Source: Octopus sinensis
Taxonomy: Eukaryota
NCBI RefSeq assembly: GCF_006345805.1
Contig: NC_043000.1
Span: 61,442,001-61,506,000 of the forward strand
DNA: 64,000 nt
Direction of reading: 5' to 3'
Positions 50,955 to 64,000 of the stretch are shown in pieces. Under the pieces are notes generated by a model. It searched no databases. It was not told where the DNA came from and worked only from the letters and a program-made list of their open reading frames with translations. The position numbers and the translations under genes were made by a program. Position 1 is the first letter of the stretch. The number at the start of each line of letters is the position of its first letter.

Positions 50955-51300
50955 TGCATCAGGAGTGGCTGTGTGGTAAGTAGCTTGCTTACCAGCCACA
51001 TGGTTCTGGGTTCGGTCACATTGCGTGGCACCTTGGGCAAGTGTTATCTACTATTATGTATATATATATATGTATATATGTGTTTGTGTGTGTATATGTT
51101 TGTGTGTCTGTGTTTGTCTCCCCAACATCACATGACAACCGATTGTGGTGCGTTTACGTCCTTGTAACTTAGTGATTCGGCAAAATAGACCGATAGAATA
51201 AGTACTAAGAATAAGTTCTGAGGTCGATTTGTTCGACTAAAAAAGGCTGTGTCCCAGCATGGCCGCAGTCAAATGACTGAAACAAGCCAAAAAGTAAAAG
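50955..51300 (+). mobile_element. SINE family A with an internal deletion
   Basis: CAGGAGTGGCTGTGTGGTAAGTAGC..GGGTTCGGTC..; tail GACTGAAACAAG. Confidence 0.8.
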
Positions 51301-51385
51301 AATGCATATACATACAATATATATGTATATATGTATATTATATATATATAATATATATATATTATATATATATATATATATTATG

Positions 51386-51418
<33 letters not shown>

Positions 51419-51521
51419 CATACATACATGTATATACATATATACATACATACATATATTTTATTTTATTTTATTTTATTTTATTTTATCTAGTTTCAGC
51501 TCACGAGCTGTGGCCTTGCTG

Positions 51522-52092
51522 GGGCGCGTCGCTTAGTGGTTAGAGTGTTGGACTGATGATCGTGAAATTGTGATCCCGGTTCCTGGACCGGTCAACGCGT
51601 TGTGTTCTTGAGCACAACACTTCATTTCATGTTCCTCCAGTCTACTTAGCTGGCAAAAATGAGTAATTTTGTGTCAGATCTGCGTCCCGTCCAAGTAGGG
51701 ATTATATACGCCATTGAAATCGGGAAACCGGCCCTCATGAGAATGGCACGAGAAGGAAACATTTAATTCATAGGCGAAGGCGTGGATGCGTGGCAAGAAG
51801 TATGCTTCCCAACCGCACGGCTCTGGATTCAGTCTCAGTGCGTGGCACTTTCAACTATAGCCTCGGGCCGACCGATGCCTTACGAATGGATTTGGTAGAC
51901 AGAAACTGAAAGAACCCCGTCGTATATATGTATATGTATATAATTATATGTGTTTGTTTTTATGTCTGTGTTTGTTCACCTACCATCACTTGACAACTGA
52001 TGTTGGTGTCTTTACGTCCCCTTAGTAGAGCAGTTCGGCAAAAAGTTCGATTAAAAAGGCGGTGCTCCAGCATGGCTGCAGACAAATGACTA
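51522..52092 (+). mobile_element. Adjacent SINE family B (51522-51760) and family A (51772-52092) copies
   Basis: GGCGCGTCGCTTAGTGGTTAGAG..GTTCTTGAGC..; then AGGCGAAGGCGTGG..GAAAGAACCCCGTCGTATA..AGGCGGTGCTCCAGCATGGC. Confidence 0.75.
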
Positions 52093-53029
52093 CCCTTATA
52101 GCCACAAAAAAGCACATTGTCTATGTAGTCACAGGGGAGATAATCGACCCTCAGCGAGCGAGATCACAACATTAACAAGCTAGTTTTGCAGGGAATTAAA
52201 GCTCATCAGTATTATGTATGTGTATATATATATATATATATACATACATATATAATATATTACACAAATACACACGCATACACACATATAAAAGTCACAC
52301 AATTATATCTACTTGGAACACAGTTTTATGCCCGGGTACTAATGTTTATACTTGTTCATATATCTGAACTTCAATTGTTCAGATATTTGAATCCATTTAT
52401 TCGGCTTATATTATTCATTATATTTCATTATGCTACAATTCTGAAAGTCAAACAGTTTCATAATACGTCAATGATAGCGAGTACTCTGTGACAAATGTGG
52501 TAGTTCCTCGATGCATTGATATGTATTCGGCATCATTAACATTTAGATGTCTTCTAACCTCTCTCTACATGTTAAGACATATTTCTATGTTTCTATCATT
52601 TTTGTTTGTAAAAGTTTGAAACAAAGAACACTGTATGAAAATAAACAGCAATGCATCAGTTAAGTCTTATCTTCGTTATGTAAATTATAATTCTTAATTA
52701 GATGCTCTTTTTGTTTGCTCACTGATAAAGACATCGCAGGGGTATGCCATATTATGCATATTCAAATGTTAGAAATATTGATTGCGTGTGTGTGAGGTTG
52801 TGCTAGCGTATGTGAGTGTGTGTGTTTGCGTACACACACACTCTCTCTTCCCCTCACGCACACACACACGTCTACAACAGAGAATAGATTTGTGTAGATT
52901 CATATTTCACCCTCAGCGAGATTTGTAATATTTAAATTAATTTCAATCCTTGGTTACGCTATATGGTGCATAATGTACATATGTATGCATATATATATAT
53001 GCATATATATAATATATATATATGCATAT

Positions 53030-53066
<37 letters not shown>

Positions 53067-53217
53067 TATGTGAAATAGAAAGATGATAATCTTGTAGTAG
53101 ATTAATCAAAAGTTTAACCGATACCTTAGTAGCAAAAATCACAGCAGTGAACAGCACGGTTGGAGGTACAACCATCTGGCGTTGCAACCGTGCGTTGGTG
53201 CGGATAATTGAAATTAA

Positions 53218-53375
53218 AACATTATTGGTGAATTGAAGAAATGGAGCTGAACGCAGATTGAACAGAAATCGTTTATTTCATTCTACACGTGCCTTTCGAA
53301 ACACGTGTAGAATGAAATAAAACGATTTCTGTTCAATCTGCGTTCAGCTCCATTTCTTCAATTCACCAATAATGT

Positions 53376-53376
<1 letters not shown>
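53218..53376. repeat. 159-bp near-perfect hairpin (about 74-bp arms) centred on a hammerhead stem-III motif
   Basis: 53218-53291 vs 53302-53376 with one indel; centre ..CACGTG CC TTTC GAAA CACGTG TA..; followed by (TA)n. Confidence 0.92.
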
Positions 53377-53415
<39 letters not shown>

Positions 53416-54029
53416 ATATATATATACATGCGTATGTTCATACATATGTATATATGTGTGCGTGTGTATGTGTGCATATGCTGATTGCTTATCCTCAGAA
53501 GAATGCCGTCTTGTCATCAAACATCGCTCATTGAAGTGCATGCAAGTGGTTTTTCAGCTCAGCTTCTGTCCTGCAAAGTACGTTCACAGATTTGTTATTT
53601 CAACTGTCTCCTGGCATCACTAGCTAGGTTATGTATTCATGTGTATGTTAACATCTCTGGTCGTATTACTAGCTTACTAGCAAGTTACACCGCACAAATG
53701 TAAAACAGTGTGCAAGGCGATAGAACCCTCGAAAATTAACTTGATTTCTTCGTGACTTGGAGTAACACGAGATATAAAGCACGCTGTGAATGATGCCTGC
53801 CTTTTTACAGTCCTCCTATACGTATGTGAAACGGGGATAGCTTAGAAGCATTATATAAAAAAAACTGAAAAGGTTTATCGGCATTGTAAGCGGCACCATC
53901 TGAGTATCATGTGATCCTCTTACACATCTGATATTGCAGTACTTCAGAAAGCCATCAGCACCAGTATCGAGAAAATAGTAATTTTGAATAACAAGCGTTG
54001 GGCTGAACGGATAAAAGGCTGCCCAAATG

Positions 54030-54033
54030 GATG

Positions 54034-54101
<68 letters not shown>

Positions 54102-54161
54102 AAGATAGATAGATATATATATACATACATACATACATACATACATACATACATACATACA

Positions 54162-54195
<34 letters not shown>
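54030..54195. repeat. (GATA)n followed by (CATA)n
   Basis: Directly visible. Confidence 0.95.
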
Positions 54196-54197
<2 letters not shown>

Positions 54198-54203
54198 CGT
54201 ACG

Positions 54204-55425
54204 TATTTTGTTCGACAAATGTTCGTTCGAAATTTTAAGTTAAATTGTTTTAAAAAAGGAGATTCATTCAAACAGTGATATAATTACTGTTTCGTTGTTG
54301 TATCGTCTGCAATTTTGTGTACCGATCCATTATTCTCTGCTGAAAGAATTTCTTGTCTTTAGCGCCGAAAAGTCTTGCAGGTGAATTTTCACATCCTCTT
54401 TAGAGTTGAAGGTAAGTTGAAGATCTGTCCATTTAAGGAATTTTGAAGAGATGAAAACAAATGAAAATATGAATGCGCATGATTAGGCGAATATGGAGGT
54501 TGCAGCAAAACTCCTCAGCCAAACCTCAGTAAGTCTGACGCGTCTACACTGAATTGTGAAGTCTGGCATTATCGTGATGAAAGACACTGTCCTTTCGATT
54601 AACCAGTGTTGGAAGCTTCTGGTACATCACTCCGTTTAGTCTGTCCAGTTCGTCACAGTACACATTCTAACTAATGGTCCTGTCCGTATATAGAAAGCAT
54701 AACTTCCTTCGGATGAAGCCCTGCCTTGATTCTTTCTTTACGTGGTTCGGTGCGCTTCTATGATGATCATTTGCGCTTCACATTGTTATAGACGATCCAC
54801 TTTTCGGATCAGGTTACCATTCTCTTCAAGAAAGGATTGTTTTCTTCATGTGTTTCCAACGAATCCGCTGGGCGAGGTTGGCGTTATTCAATTGAATCGG
54901 AACAAAAACATTGAACCTGCTGACATAACCAAGTTGATGTAGATGCTTTTCAATACTCAATTTGGATATTTGAATATTTGAATATTTGGATATTTGGAGA
55001 ATATTCAACACTCGATTTGGATATATTGGAGAATATCATCCAGGTCGTAAAACGGACTTTGGCGCCAACTAACCCCTTCAGTTTGTCGCTGTTAATTTCA
55101 AAGCGCCTCATGGACTAAAACATTTCTTGATCAATATCATGAAAAAACACTTCTCGCATATACGGTCTGTTACCACATTCTGTCTATAGGTTTCCGACGA
55201 TTTCTTTTCTTTGTTGAAATTAAAAACTATGAGGTATCGATAATGATCGTTTCGGTCCCCTGACTTGAGGTCAATCAGAAGCACACAAAATATGTCTCAT
55301 CGCTTGTTCACTTCTAGTGTCAAGTATCTAAGTGCGCTTGCACAATGGAGAAACTGAAATTAGCAATTTTTGAGTGTTTGAAGTGTAATATCAACAAAAA
55401 CAGAATGGACATTTTGGCCAAACAA
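54204..55425 (-). mobile_element. Near-full-length decayed mariner with both TIR remnants
   Basis: Minus-strand motifs IEKHLHQLGYVSRFNVFVP (WVP region) and LLQPPYSPNHAHSYFHLF (YSPDLAPSDFHLF-like). The ends TATTTTGTTCGACAAATGTTCGTTCG and (reverse complement) GTTTGGCCAAAATGTCCATTCTG resemble each other. Confidence 0.8.
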
Positions 55426-55529
55426 ACACACACACACACACGTGTGTGTATATATGTATATATATGTATATATTAGAAACAATTGGCGTGATTAATATAA
55501 ATTTTCGTGTGTTCCATCTTCCGCCTTTA

Positions 55530-55642
<113 letters not shown>

Positions 55643-55644
55643 CT

Positions 55645-56357
55645 TACATCGCATTCAATATTTCGGAGTTATGACCCCATTTTCAAGAGCTGATGAATGT
55701 TGACGATGTGCTTGTGTGTTAGCGTGTGTGGAGTTCACATGCCCGGAAAGGTGTTACTATAGCAACCAGCTAGCTTCCTGTAACTCCCTTCTGTTGTTGA
55801 TGGTTGGTTTCCTTTGGTGTATAAGGATGGCATCAGGGATTCTAAGGTTGCCCCTGTTCCGCTGTGTTGCCTTGATGTGTACTGTGAATTCCCGGGTCTG
55901 GCATTTCCGCAGATGTTTCTTCATGGAAGTGCCTGTCTGCATGTGTTCTTTTATACGTATATGCACCTTTCTTGTTGTGCTTCCTATATAGGATGCACCA
56001 TATTTGCCACATGATGTCGTATACAACATAGATCCTCTGGCGCAATTCAGGGTCATTGATGGGGCAGTTCGATAATGTGCACACCTCGGAGTAGTGAGAA
56101 GTATTGTTCTTGGAAAGAGTTTTTCTCGGGGAAGGGTCGCTGCGCACTATCTGTATGTAGAGTCCCTCCCTGCAGACTTCCTGCAGCAGTTCTGTCGTCA
56201 AAGTGTGGTAGGCTTAGGACGTACGAGCCAGACTTGAGAGTATGATGGTTCTTCCGGGGTTTATTGACGCTGATGTCTTTTAGGTGCCGTTGTTTAGCTA
56301 AAGTCGGTGGGTAGCCATCCGGGATTTGCCTTGCATTTACTTCGCATTGTTCTGACC
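55645..56357 (-). mobile_element. 5'-truncated Penelope-like retroelement: linker + GIY-YIG endonuclease + 3' tail, flanked by (TA)n
   Basis: Frameshifted peptides ..DGYPPT..YVLSLPHFD / CTLSNCPINDPEL..VVYDI / CGKYGASYIGSTTRKVHIRIKEH..RKPTINNRRE. Confidence 0.88.
55651..55691 (-). ncRNA. Degenerate hammerhead motif (U3-A8 core) in the PLE 3' tail
   Basis: Minus strand: TTGAAAA-T-GGGGT-CATA-ACTCC-GAAA-TATT. Stem II is intact; stems I and III cannot be reconstructed. Confidence 0.4.
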
Positions 56358-56414
56358 TTACCCACGATCCTTTATACAATATATTCTACACAATGCTTCA
56401 TAGTAATTATTCCA

Positions 56415-56620
<206 letters not shown>

Positions 56621-58159
56621 TTCGTATGTACACATGTATGTATACATACTTAATATTTTGCTTCATATGATTGAAGGTTAGAAGTAAGTTAGAAGCAAAA
56701 TAGTAGGTGTGAACGGAACTGTGTTATCTCTTTTATCTGTTTTTAACGATTGTGACACCTTTTCTTTCTCACTTTTTTTCATATGTTTGTAAAATATTAA
56801 CGAATTATGCTTAACACTTATTCATCATTTCCTCTCCTGCAGACAGTTTTTTTTTCTTTTTTAGTGGCTTAATCAGTTGTAGAAGTATGACAACCATAAC
56901 CATTTGGAAGGGTCTCTAAAATGAGTATGAGAAAAGGAGGAAGAGTTTGATAGCTTAGTCCGCAGATTTGATACAAATATTAAAATAGATGTTCTGCGGC
57001 TAAAAGCACTCAAGTATTAAGCTCGACTACGAGTTAAATCTATTCACGAGAACAAGAACAGCCTATCTGTCAGACTTCCGTTGTGTTTCCTGTTATAAAA
57101 GTTACTTAAAAGGTTTGGCTGTATCTCAGGTCGGGTTAAAAGACACGGCATTATTGTGAAAGAAACATCTTAATGGCCAAAGGTTTTGCAAAATTTTTGT
57201 TACTTTTACACTTGCCTGCACAACAATGTATAAAATAATCTAGGAGCATAAAAAATACACATTACTATGAGCTTACAATATGTATTTGCATATGAAAGTA
57301 TGGTTCCATACTTTGGTTCACTATATTACAATGCTTTTTAAAGTAAACACGTGCAACATATAACAATGAACTAGATGTAGGCCAAGTGAAGTATACATCC
57401 AATGAGCTACTCTCATATTCAGAAATTTGACTGCCCTCGACTAGTTCTGACCAGTTATGTTGAGGATAGTATCCTCAATTGAAACATTTCAACTTGTAGT
57501 GTAATTAAAGCCCATTGTAGGGGATGTTAGAAAGAAATATAGCATTGGTTCAATAAAATAAGGTTTGAATATCATTGTTATTAGCTAGCAACTTTCTTTC
57601 TTTCTTTCTTCTTTCTTTCTTTCTTTCTTTTTTCTCTCTCACCCCTCTCTCTCTCTGCAAGACCGGTTGAACATTGTAACCAAATCTCTATCATACCATG
57701 TCATGTCTTAAGAGATATGTTGCTTAATGGAGTCCAATATACACTGTTGCGGAAAGAAGATTATTATGTCTTGACTCTAGTGTTATTGATCATAATTCTG
57801 TTTGGTTAGGGTTAAACTGAAGTTAAACAATAACAACAACAACAACAACAACAAATTGCTCTAATGCAGATAATATTCAACTTTTATCGTACGGAATATA
57901 TTCCAATTATTTCCAATATACCTGTTACTAATTTAATACCATAGCACCAACATTAGGGCGTTTTAAGGCAGTTAGAAGACAGTTTCTTCCAACAACACCT
58001 AAACGTATGTAATACACAGCCTAAAAAAGCTTGTTTTAGAAGCTTATTTTGAAGCAGATATGTGAGTGAATGAGTAAACGGTAGATTAGATGTAGACAAG
58101 GAGCAGTTGTATAGCAATTCAATGAAGAATATTAAAAGAAACAAAAGGAACGAGCTCGT

Positions 58160-58335
58160 AGAATCATTAACAAGCCACAAAATGTTCAGTGGTATTTTGT
58201 CCGTCTTTACGTAGTGAGTACAAATTCCGCCGAGGTCAAATTTGCCTTCCAGCCTTACAAGGGTCGTGGAGTCGATGTAATTCACTAGCCACATCCCACT
58301 AAATTTCAGGCTTTTTCCATTAGTAGAAAATAATA
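58160..58335 (+). mobile_element. SINE family C, degraded
   Basis: CAAATTCCGCCGAGGTCAAATTTGCCTTCCA..GTCGATGTAAT..AAATTTCAGGC. Confidence 0.7.
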
Positions 58336-58349
58336 TTAAAGAAGCAAAT

Positions 58350-59900
58350 TATGAGATTACAGAATGATGTGAGTGTTAAAAGCCAAATAGAGGGATTCGT
58401 GGAACAACAACAGAAAAGAGCTCAAGTATGTTATGTTATTGAAGATAATGCATGCTTTCTCCAGGCATTTCCCCAGGTTTTCATAGGCAAGTTGAAAAAG
58501 AGTAGAAGAACATATTTTAATAACGATATTCAACATTCTGACTACAGATGGTTTAATGATCAGTGTGCTTAAGCTATTTCAGATGGTAAACAAATTAGTT
58601 TTGACAGTAGGTTGATAAGTCTTCGAAATACTGGTCTTAAACAATTCATTACTGAATCTACGATGCAATGAATACGTCCGAATAGAATTTCAAAAAGAAA
58701 TATCTGTTCTTCTGATATATTCTCATCACACCAGATTATGTTACATTCGTTGGCAGCGTTGTCTCCACGGTTCCCATTCAATATTTAACAAACTCACCAG
58801 CGAGTCCATTTATATTGGCTGCTTTGCTATTTTCAATGATTTCAAATATTTCCGAATTTACTCCAAAAACATTTCCGTAAACAACTTTGCGAAAATCTTT
58901 GCAAGATCTTACATGTAAGCAATAAACAAACTGAGATTGATTTATCACTACTTTAGCATATACAACCTATCTTTTGTTTTAATCCATTTCTATCTTAGGA
59001 CATTTTACTGATAATATTCCATTACTTTTAACGGCTTTTGAACCATTTTTTGTAACTGAAATCTCTGTGGTCTTTACTTACCTACAATCCACTTTTCTGC
59101 ATCTTTATAGGAAAACATTTTTACTCCTATGCCAAGTGATATATATTTCCCTTTGTTATCTACAACATCTCATTTTTATGATGATATCAAATAATCATAA
59201 TGTTTATCTCGCTTTCTTCATATGTTTACTCTGTTATAATGTCTTTGAAGTTACCTTGATATTGATCTTTCTATATTTCATGCAGTTTATCGGTTCTTGA
59301 GGCTAAGTGGATACAATTCTCTGGTGACGCTTTTAATACACAAGTTTTCCAGTATCGAAAGGCTTTCAGTTTTAGATAAAAAAAATCCTTACTTTAAATA
59401 TAAGTACCTTTATACGCAGTGATTTGGACCAATATCTACCCCTCTGAACATACACATATTTCGAACATTTATGACATCGCCTGTTGACTGAGGTGGAATT
59501 GGTTTCACTTTCAAAGTTACAACCCATAGATGTTCAGGTTTTCCTATGTACAAATTAATGATCAAATAAAATTTTAGTTACGCAGAAATCATACTTCGCA
59601 CACATTTTCAAGAACGTTGATCCATTGCTTGCAAGCATTCATGTCAACACTGAGCCGATAGCAATCCGTCACTCATTTCTTATTTGTTCAAACTGAGTAT
59701 TAAAGTCATCCCATATGAATCCCAATTCAATACCTTTCCTTTTTTTATTTCTTCATCAGCGTGGACTTGCCATGGACAGTTGTGGGTCGTATTGTGACGA
59801 TTCTCTAGTTTTAATAAGTACCAGTATGGTGTTACAAGTTTTACGGAACTTGTCATCTCCCTTGTATGTTAGAATTTTAATCTGTTATTGTTGAAGGTTT
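58350..59900 (-). mobile_element. Heavily degraded RTE-like LINE (APE endonuclease + start of RT)
   Basis: Minus-strand motifs in the expected order: WDDFNTQ (GDFNA, near 59700); NGSTFLKMCAKYDFCVTKILF; RGVDIGPNHC (RGAD.GSDH, near 59430); KAANINGLAGEFVKY (K.PG.DG...EF.K, near 58800); NIIW..ENI.EE; LINLLSKL. Confidence 0.72.
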
Positions 59901-61369
59901 ATTTACTTCATTTATGCTCAGTATGAATCCTCTATAACCATCTATTTATCTAACTATCTGGTATATACCGATTGTATGATTTACAGGCTGCAAATTTCAA
60001 GTAGTGGATGAACGAAGAGAAAACATTCATTTTCAAAATTTATCTCTGGCAATAAAATTTGTGAGTTTTCAAATTCATATCTCTTCAGTAGAGCTGTCTG
60101 AATATATTTTCTATAATTTCTCTGAGATAGATTTGTTTTCGCATTGATGTGGTTAGAAAGGCTTCTTTCGAGTTCAGTTTATTAGCTCTCGTTAAAGCAT
60201 CTCTGATACGTCATAAAAACATTTATTGCCACTACTCTAAATTGTATAGAAAATTGTGATGCCAACTTCCTAAAAAGCGGTTAACAAAATGAGCGGTTAT
60301 CGAAACGACTAGAAGTCTGATAAATAATTTGTAGTAAATATTCTACGTTTATTTCATTTGATAATTTATGTGTGATTTATATAAATGTCCCTCTCATCCA
60401 GATTACGCAGAGAAAGAATTTTTTGTACCCAGTGTTTACATGTCTCTGTAGAATGCACTAACATAAATGATACCTAAGTTCATTGTTATAATACAACTCC
60501 ACTGGGTGGGTGACATAAGTACTATACAAGATACTGAGGTTGATTTAATTGGTTAAAACCTATGAAGTCAGTACTTCAGCATAACTGCTGCAAAGTAACT
60601 GAAACATGTAAAATAATAATATGGTATAACACGATGTTTGTTCTTGGGTAGCATTTGTTATTTCCTATTTGCTTACTCTTGGAAAGTATGAAAAATAGCT
60701 AATATTTCCTTGAAACTTTGCTTTTGTTGCAATATTTATTCAAACACCAAAGAATCCCTTTCAACTTAATTCTTTGATGCTCTCCCACTACTCCTGTTCA
60801 TGATCAGAGTTTCACATTTTGTCAGCCAGTAAAGAAAGTGTTCAAGCGGTTAAGATCAAGCAATCGACAAGCAAATCTATGGCATTGAGCAGAATATTTG
60901 CTCTAACGATATTTCTGCTTCAGCGACTCAGCGCTGAATGTGTCTGCAATGTAATGGAAAATAGGTCATTTTCAAAACATTGATATACAGAGCAGAAAAG
61001 CATGGTTTGAAAGGATAGTAGTCTGGTTTCTAGATAGAAGTAAATTAGAAATAACAATTACTGACTAAAGACAAATTTAGATGAAAATTAAATGAAACAC
61101 AGTCTAATTTGTAACATAAGTAACAAGGAATATATTTTGTGGGGATGAGCGAGAGTCGATCAGATTAATCGTAGCATGCTGCTACTTTATTTTATCGATC
61201 CTGAAAGTTGAAAAGTGAAGACGATATTGGCGGGATTTGAAATATGATCGAAAGTCAGAAAAATGTCACAAGGTATTTTGTTTGACTGTTACTATACTGC
61301 CATTCATCATCTTTGAAAGTTAAAATAAAAGAAATACAGTGAGATTTATCCCTGAGAAATTTATCTTTT

Positions 61370-61762
61370 ACCGTTTATTTGTTTCAGTCACGCTTTGCCA
61401 AGCTTGGGCACCAATTTTAAGGGTTTTAGTCGAATGATTCTACACAGTACTTATCTGATACTTATTCTGGTGGGGTTCTGGCTGGACCGCTAGTTACAAG
61501 GATATATACACTGGTTTTCAAGTGTTGATGAAGAGCAAATACGAACACAAAGACACTCATGCATAGATACTCACACACGCACACACACACACCTATATAT
61601 ACACGGAGGGCTTCTTTCAGTTTCCGTCTACCAAATCCACTCATAAGGCTTTGGTCGGCCCAGTGCTTTAGCAGAACGCACTTGCACAAGGTTCGGTGCA
61701 GCTGGACTGAATCCGGAACCATGGAGTTGGGAAACAGATCTTTTATCACACAGCCACGCATG
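61370..61762 (-). mobile_element. SINE family A, degraded full length
   Basis: TTTGTTTCAGTCA..; GGGCTTCTTTCAGTTTCCGTCTACCAAATCCACTCA..GGACTGAATCCGGAACCATG..CACACAGCCACGCA. Confidence 0.8.
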
Positions 61763-61789
61763 TACCACTTGTGTAAATCCCACTAATGA

Positions 61790-62012
61790 AATAGTCTTTT
61801 CTACTCTAGGCACAAGGCCCAAAATTTTGGGGGAGGAGCCCAACCGATTAGATCGACCTCAGTACGCGACTGGTACTTAATTTATCGAACCCGAAAGGAT
61901 GAAAGGCAAAGCCGACCCCGGCGGAATTTGAACTCAGAACATAAAGACAGACGAAATTCCGCAAAGTATTTCGGCGGGTTTGCTAACGTCTGTGCCAGCT
62001 CGCCGCCTTCCA
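61790..62012 (-). mobile_element. SINE family C
   Basis: CTAGGCACAAGGCCC..AAAGGATGAAAGGCAAAGCCGACCCCGGCGGAATTTGAACTCAGAAC..TGCCAGCTCGCCGCC. Confidence 0.85.
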
Positions 62013-64000
62013 CTAATGAAATGTTAACATTACATATCAACCATTTTATATCGATGCACAACTTTCTACACAAGGAAAATAACAATAAATAGATATCTGA
62101 CTCAAGAAGGAAACTTGTACCTTTAGGAGGAGAAGATTGCCCTTGGTGCACTTCTTATTAACGCTAATATAGTAAATAAAGTGAACTAATTAAAATCAGG
62201 AATTAAAAGGGCTACACCTCGCATAACCTGAGGTCACGCCCTGCTCTCTAGTGTTAGTTACACTTACAACCCTTTTCTCTCTTATAAGACACACCAGGTA
62301 TGTTACACAGTTTATTTCAAACCAAACCATATCATTTTATCTTGTTCGCCTTCTTTAATTTACTAATCCACAAGGGAAAATGTATAAATCTATATTCTCC
62401 AATTCCCTCACCCCATCCTATGAACTTAAAACAAATTATTCATTAATAGAAGACTTTTGCATGTGACGAAAAGTTAATCAAGTTGTTCTATTTATCTCTT
62501 TGAGATGAGTTCTATACAGGTGTGCTTGTGTGTGTGTCTGCGCACGCAGGTGTGTTTGGTGTTTGAGTGTGCGTGTACTTATTTGTAGGTGTGTAGGTAT
62601 GTGAGTGTGTGGTGTTTGCGGTTTGTTTACATATGAGCACAGTTTCCTTCTCAATGAATAATGTTTATTGGACTTTGGAGAGCACATATTCGCGATATAT
62701 GTTAATTTTTTTTATTGATTATTATTCTCGCCTCTTTGAAATATATGTATTTATGTATGTATATGTATGTATTTATGTGTGTATGTATGTATGTATGTAC
62801 ATATGTGTATCTAAGTATAAATATATATATATACACATATACATATATATGCATATATATATACATGTATATATATATAAATGTATATGCGTGTGCATGT
62901 GTGTGTATATATATATACATACACTTACACACACACACACATATATATATACATGCACACATACACGCACACACATTCCTTCTGTTATTACTTTTGAGAA
63001 CCTTCTTTGAAATATGTGTATGTGTGTGTGTATATATAATTATATATATATATATACATACACACACACAAACACGCACACGCACTCACACACTCACGCT
63101 CTCACACACACACATACACACACACTCACACATTCAGTTTGTTTATGTCTGAGAGAAAGATTGCACTGTGTGGGTGGAAACTATCATTACAGAAAGATGT
63201 TTTCAAATGTTATCAAAGTAAAATTCTCATGAGCTTGTATTCTTTCCCGATGGTTGTCTGTTTAGTATTGAGTGAATCGTCGTTTTTGTATAGCAGCAGT
63301 TGTCTGCTCTTAAGCGAGAGGAAACTCCCAGTTTTCAACATTTCGTAACCTGAGAGCAAGAGAACATGATTAATATACGTTTAGAATAAAATCTCTTGTG
63401 ACAGACGGAAGAAAATGGAAGCACAAAATTCCTTGCTTTAAGTGAAACTCAATAGTGATTCACCTCAGAAACATCTCTCCAGGGCTATTTTCTTTTACTA
63501 AAATTCGAAAACTTTTAATATGCTTTGGCAATATTTTTGAAAATTGAATGGAAGAAAATACCGACGGAAGGACATGAATATTCACTTGTGTTAAAAGTTA
63601 CATGCCATTAAAGCCGTGGAGGGGAATTATTGCATGTACAAAAGCAGTTAACTTTATAGATAATGTGAATAGCTGAACGAAAGATAAATTTACATGACAT
63701 TATCACAAACAACATGAAATTAAGCAGTATTTTTGAAGTCTTCAAGTGCATAGTTTTTGCTTACAAATTCGTGTAAAATTGATGTTATGAATGCACGTAC
63801 GTAATGATAGAAAATTTTTAATGTGACAATCTGCTGGAAATATAATGCATCAACTAGACAATTTTATCCTTCAATTGAAGTAACGTTATCTTCCTATTTA
63901 AGAAAATTGACTTTAACTTCATAATAATTTTAGCTTATGTATGCTTCCAGTATTTACTTAGTTGTCGTCTGCAGCTGAGGAGGTACATTTAGAGATAAGC

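Overview
AT-rich, microsatellite-dense eukaryotic non-coding DNA (intron or intergenic). The repeat content resembles an octopus (coleoid cephalopod) genome; this is inferred from the SINE and microsatellite style and was not verified. I find no confidently supported host protein-coding exon, and most listed ORFs are translations of microsatellites. The window holds about 25 copies or fragments of at least three tRNA-headed SINE families, three mariner relics (26.1 kb, 43.3 kb, 54.2 kb), Penelope-like (PLE) GIY-YIG fragments (55.6-56.4 kb, probably also 48.2 kb), a degraded RTE-like LINE (58.3-59.9 kb) and four Helentron/HINE-like elements. It also has a near-identical 923-bp tandem duplication and several inverted-repeat elements. 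The most interesting signal is a set of hammerhead-ribozyme (HHR) motifs. One type I HHR with an intact core lies at 12543-12600 inside a tandem duplication. Twin HHRs sit at the outer ends of a 1.57-kb near-perfect palindrome (1209-2781). Two motifs carry the compensatory U3-A8 core (UUGAAAA; 11449-11484 and about 55651-55691). Further hairpins contain the GAAACAYRTGTA stem-III/cleavage motif, one of them centred on it. Together these suggest a PLE/retrozyme system that inserts next to (TA)n tracts and generates foldback DNA. All folds and alignments were done by eye. Repeat boundaries are approximate. Scattered single-base breaks in microsatellites suggest imperfectly polished long-read sequence.
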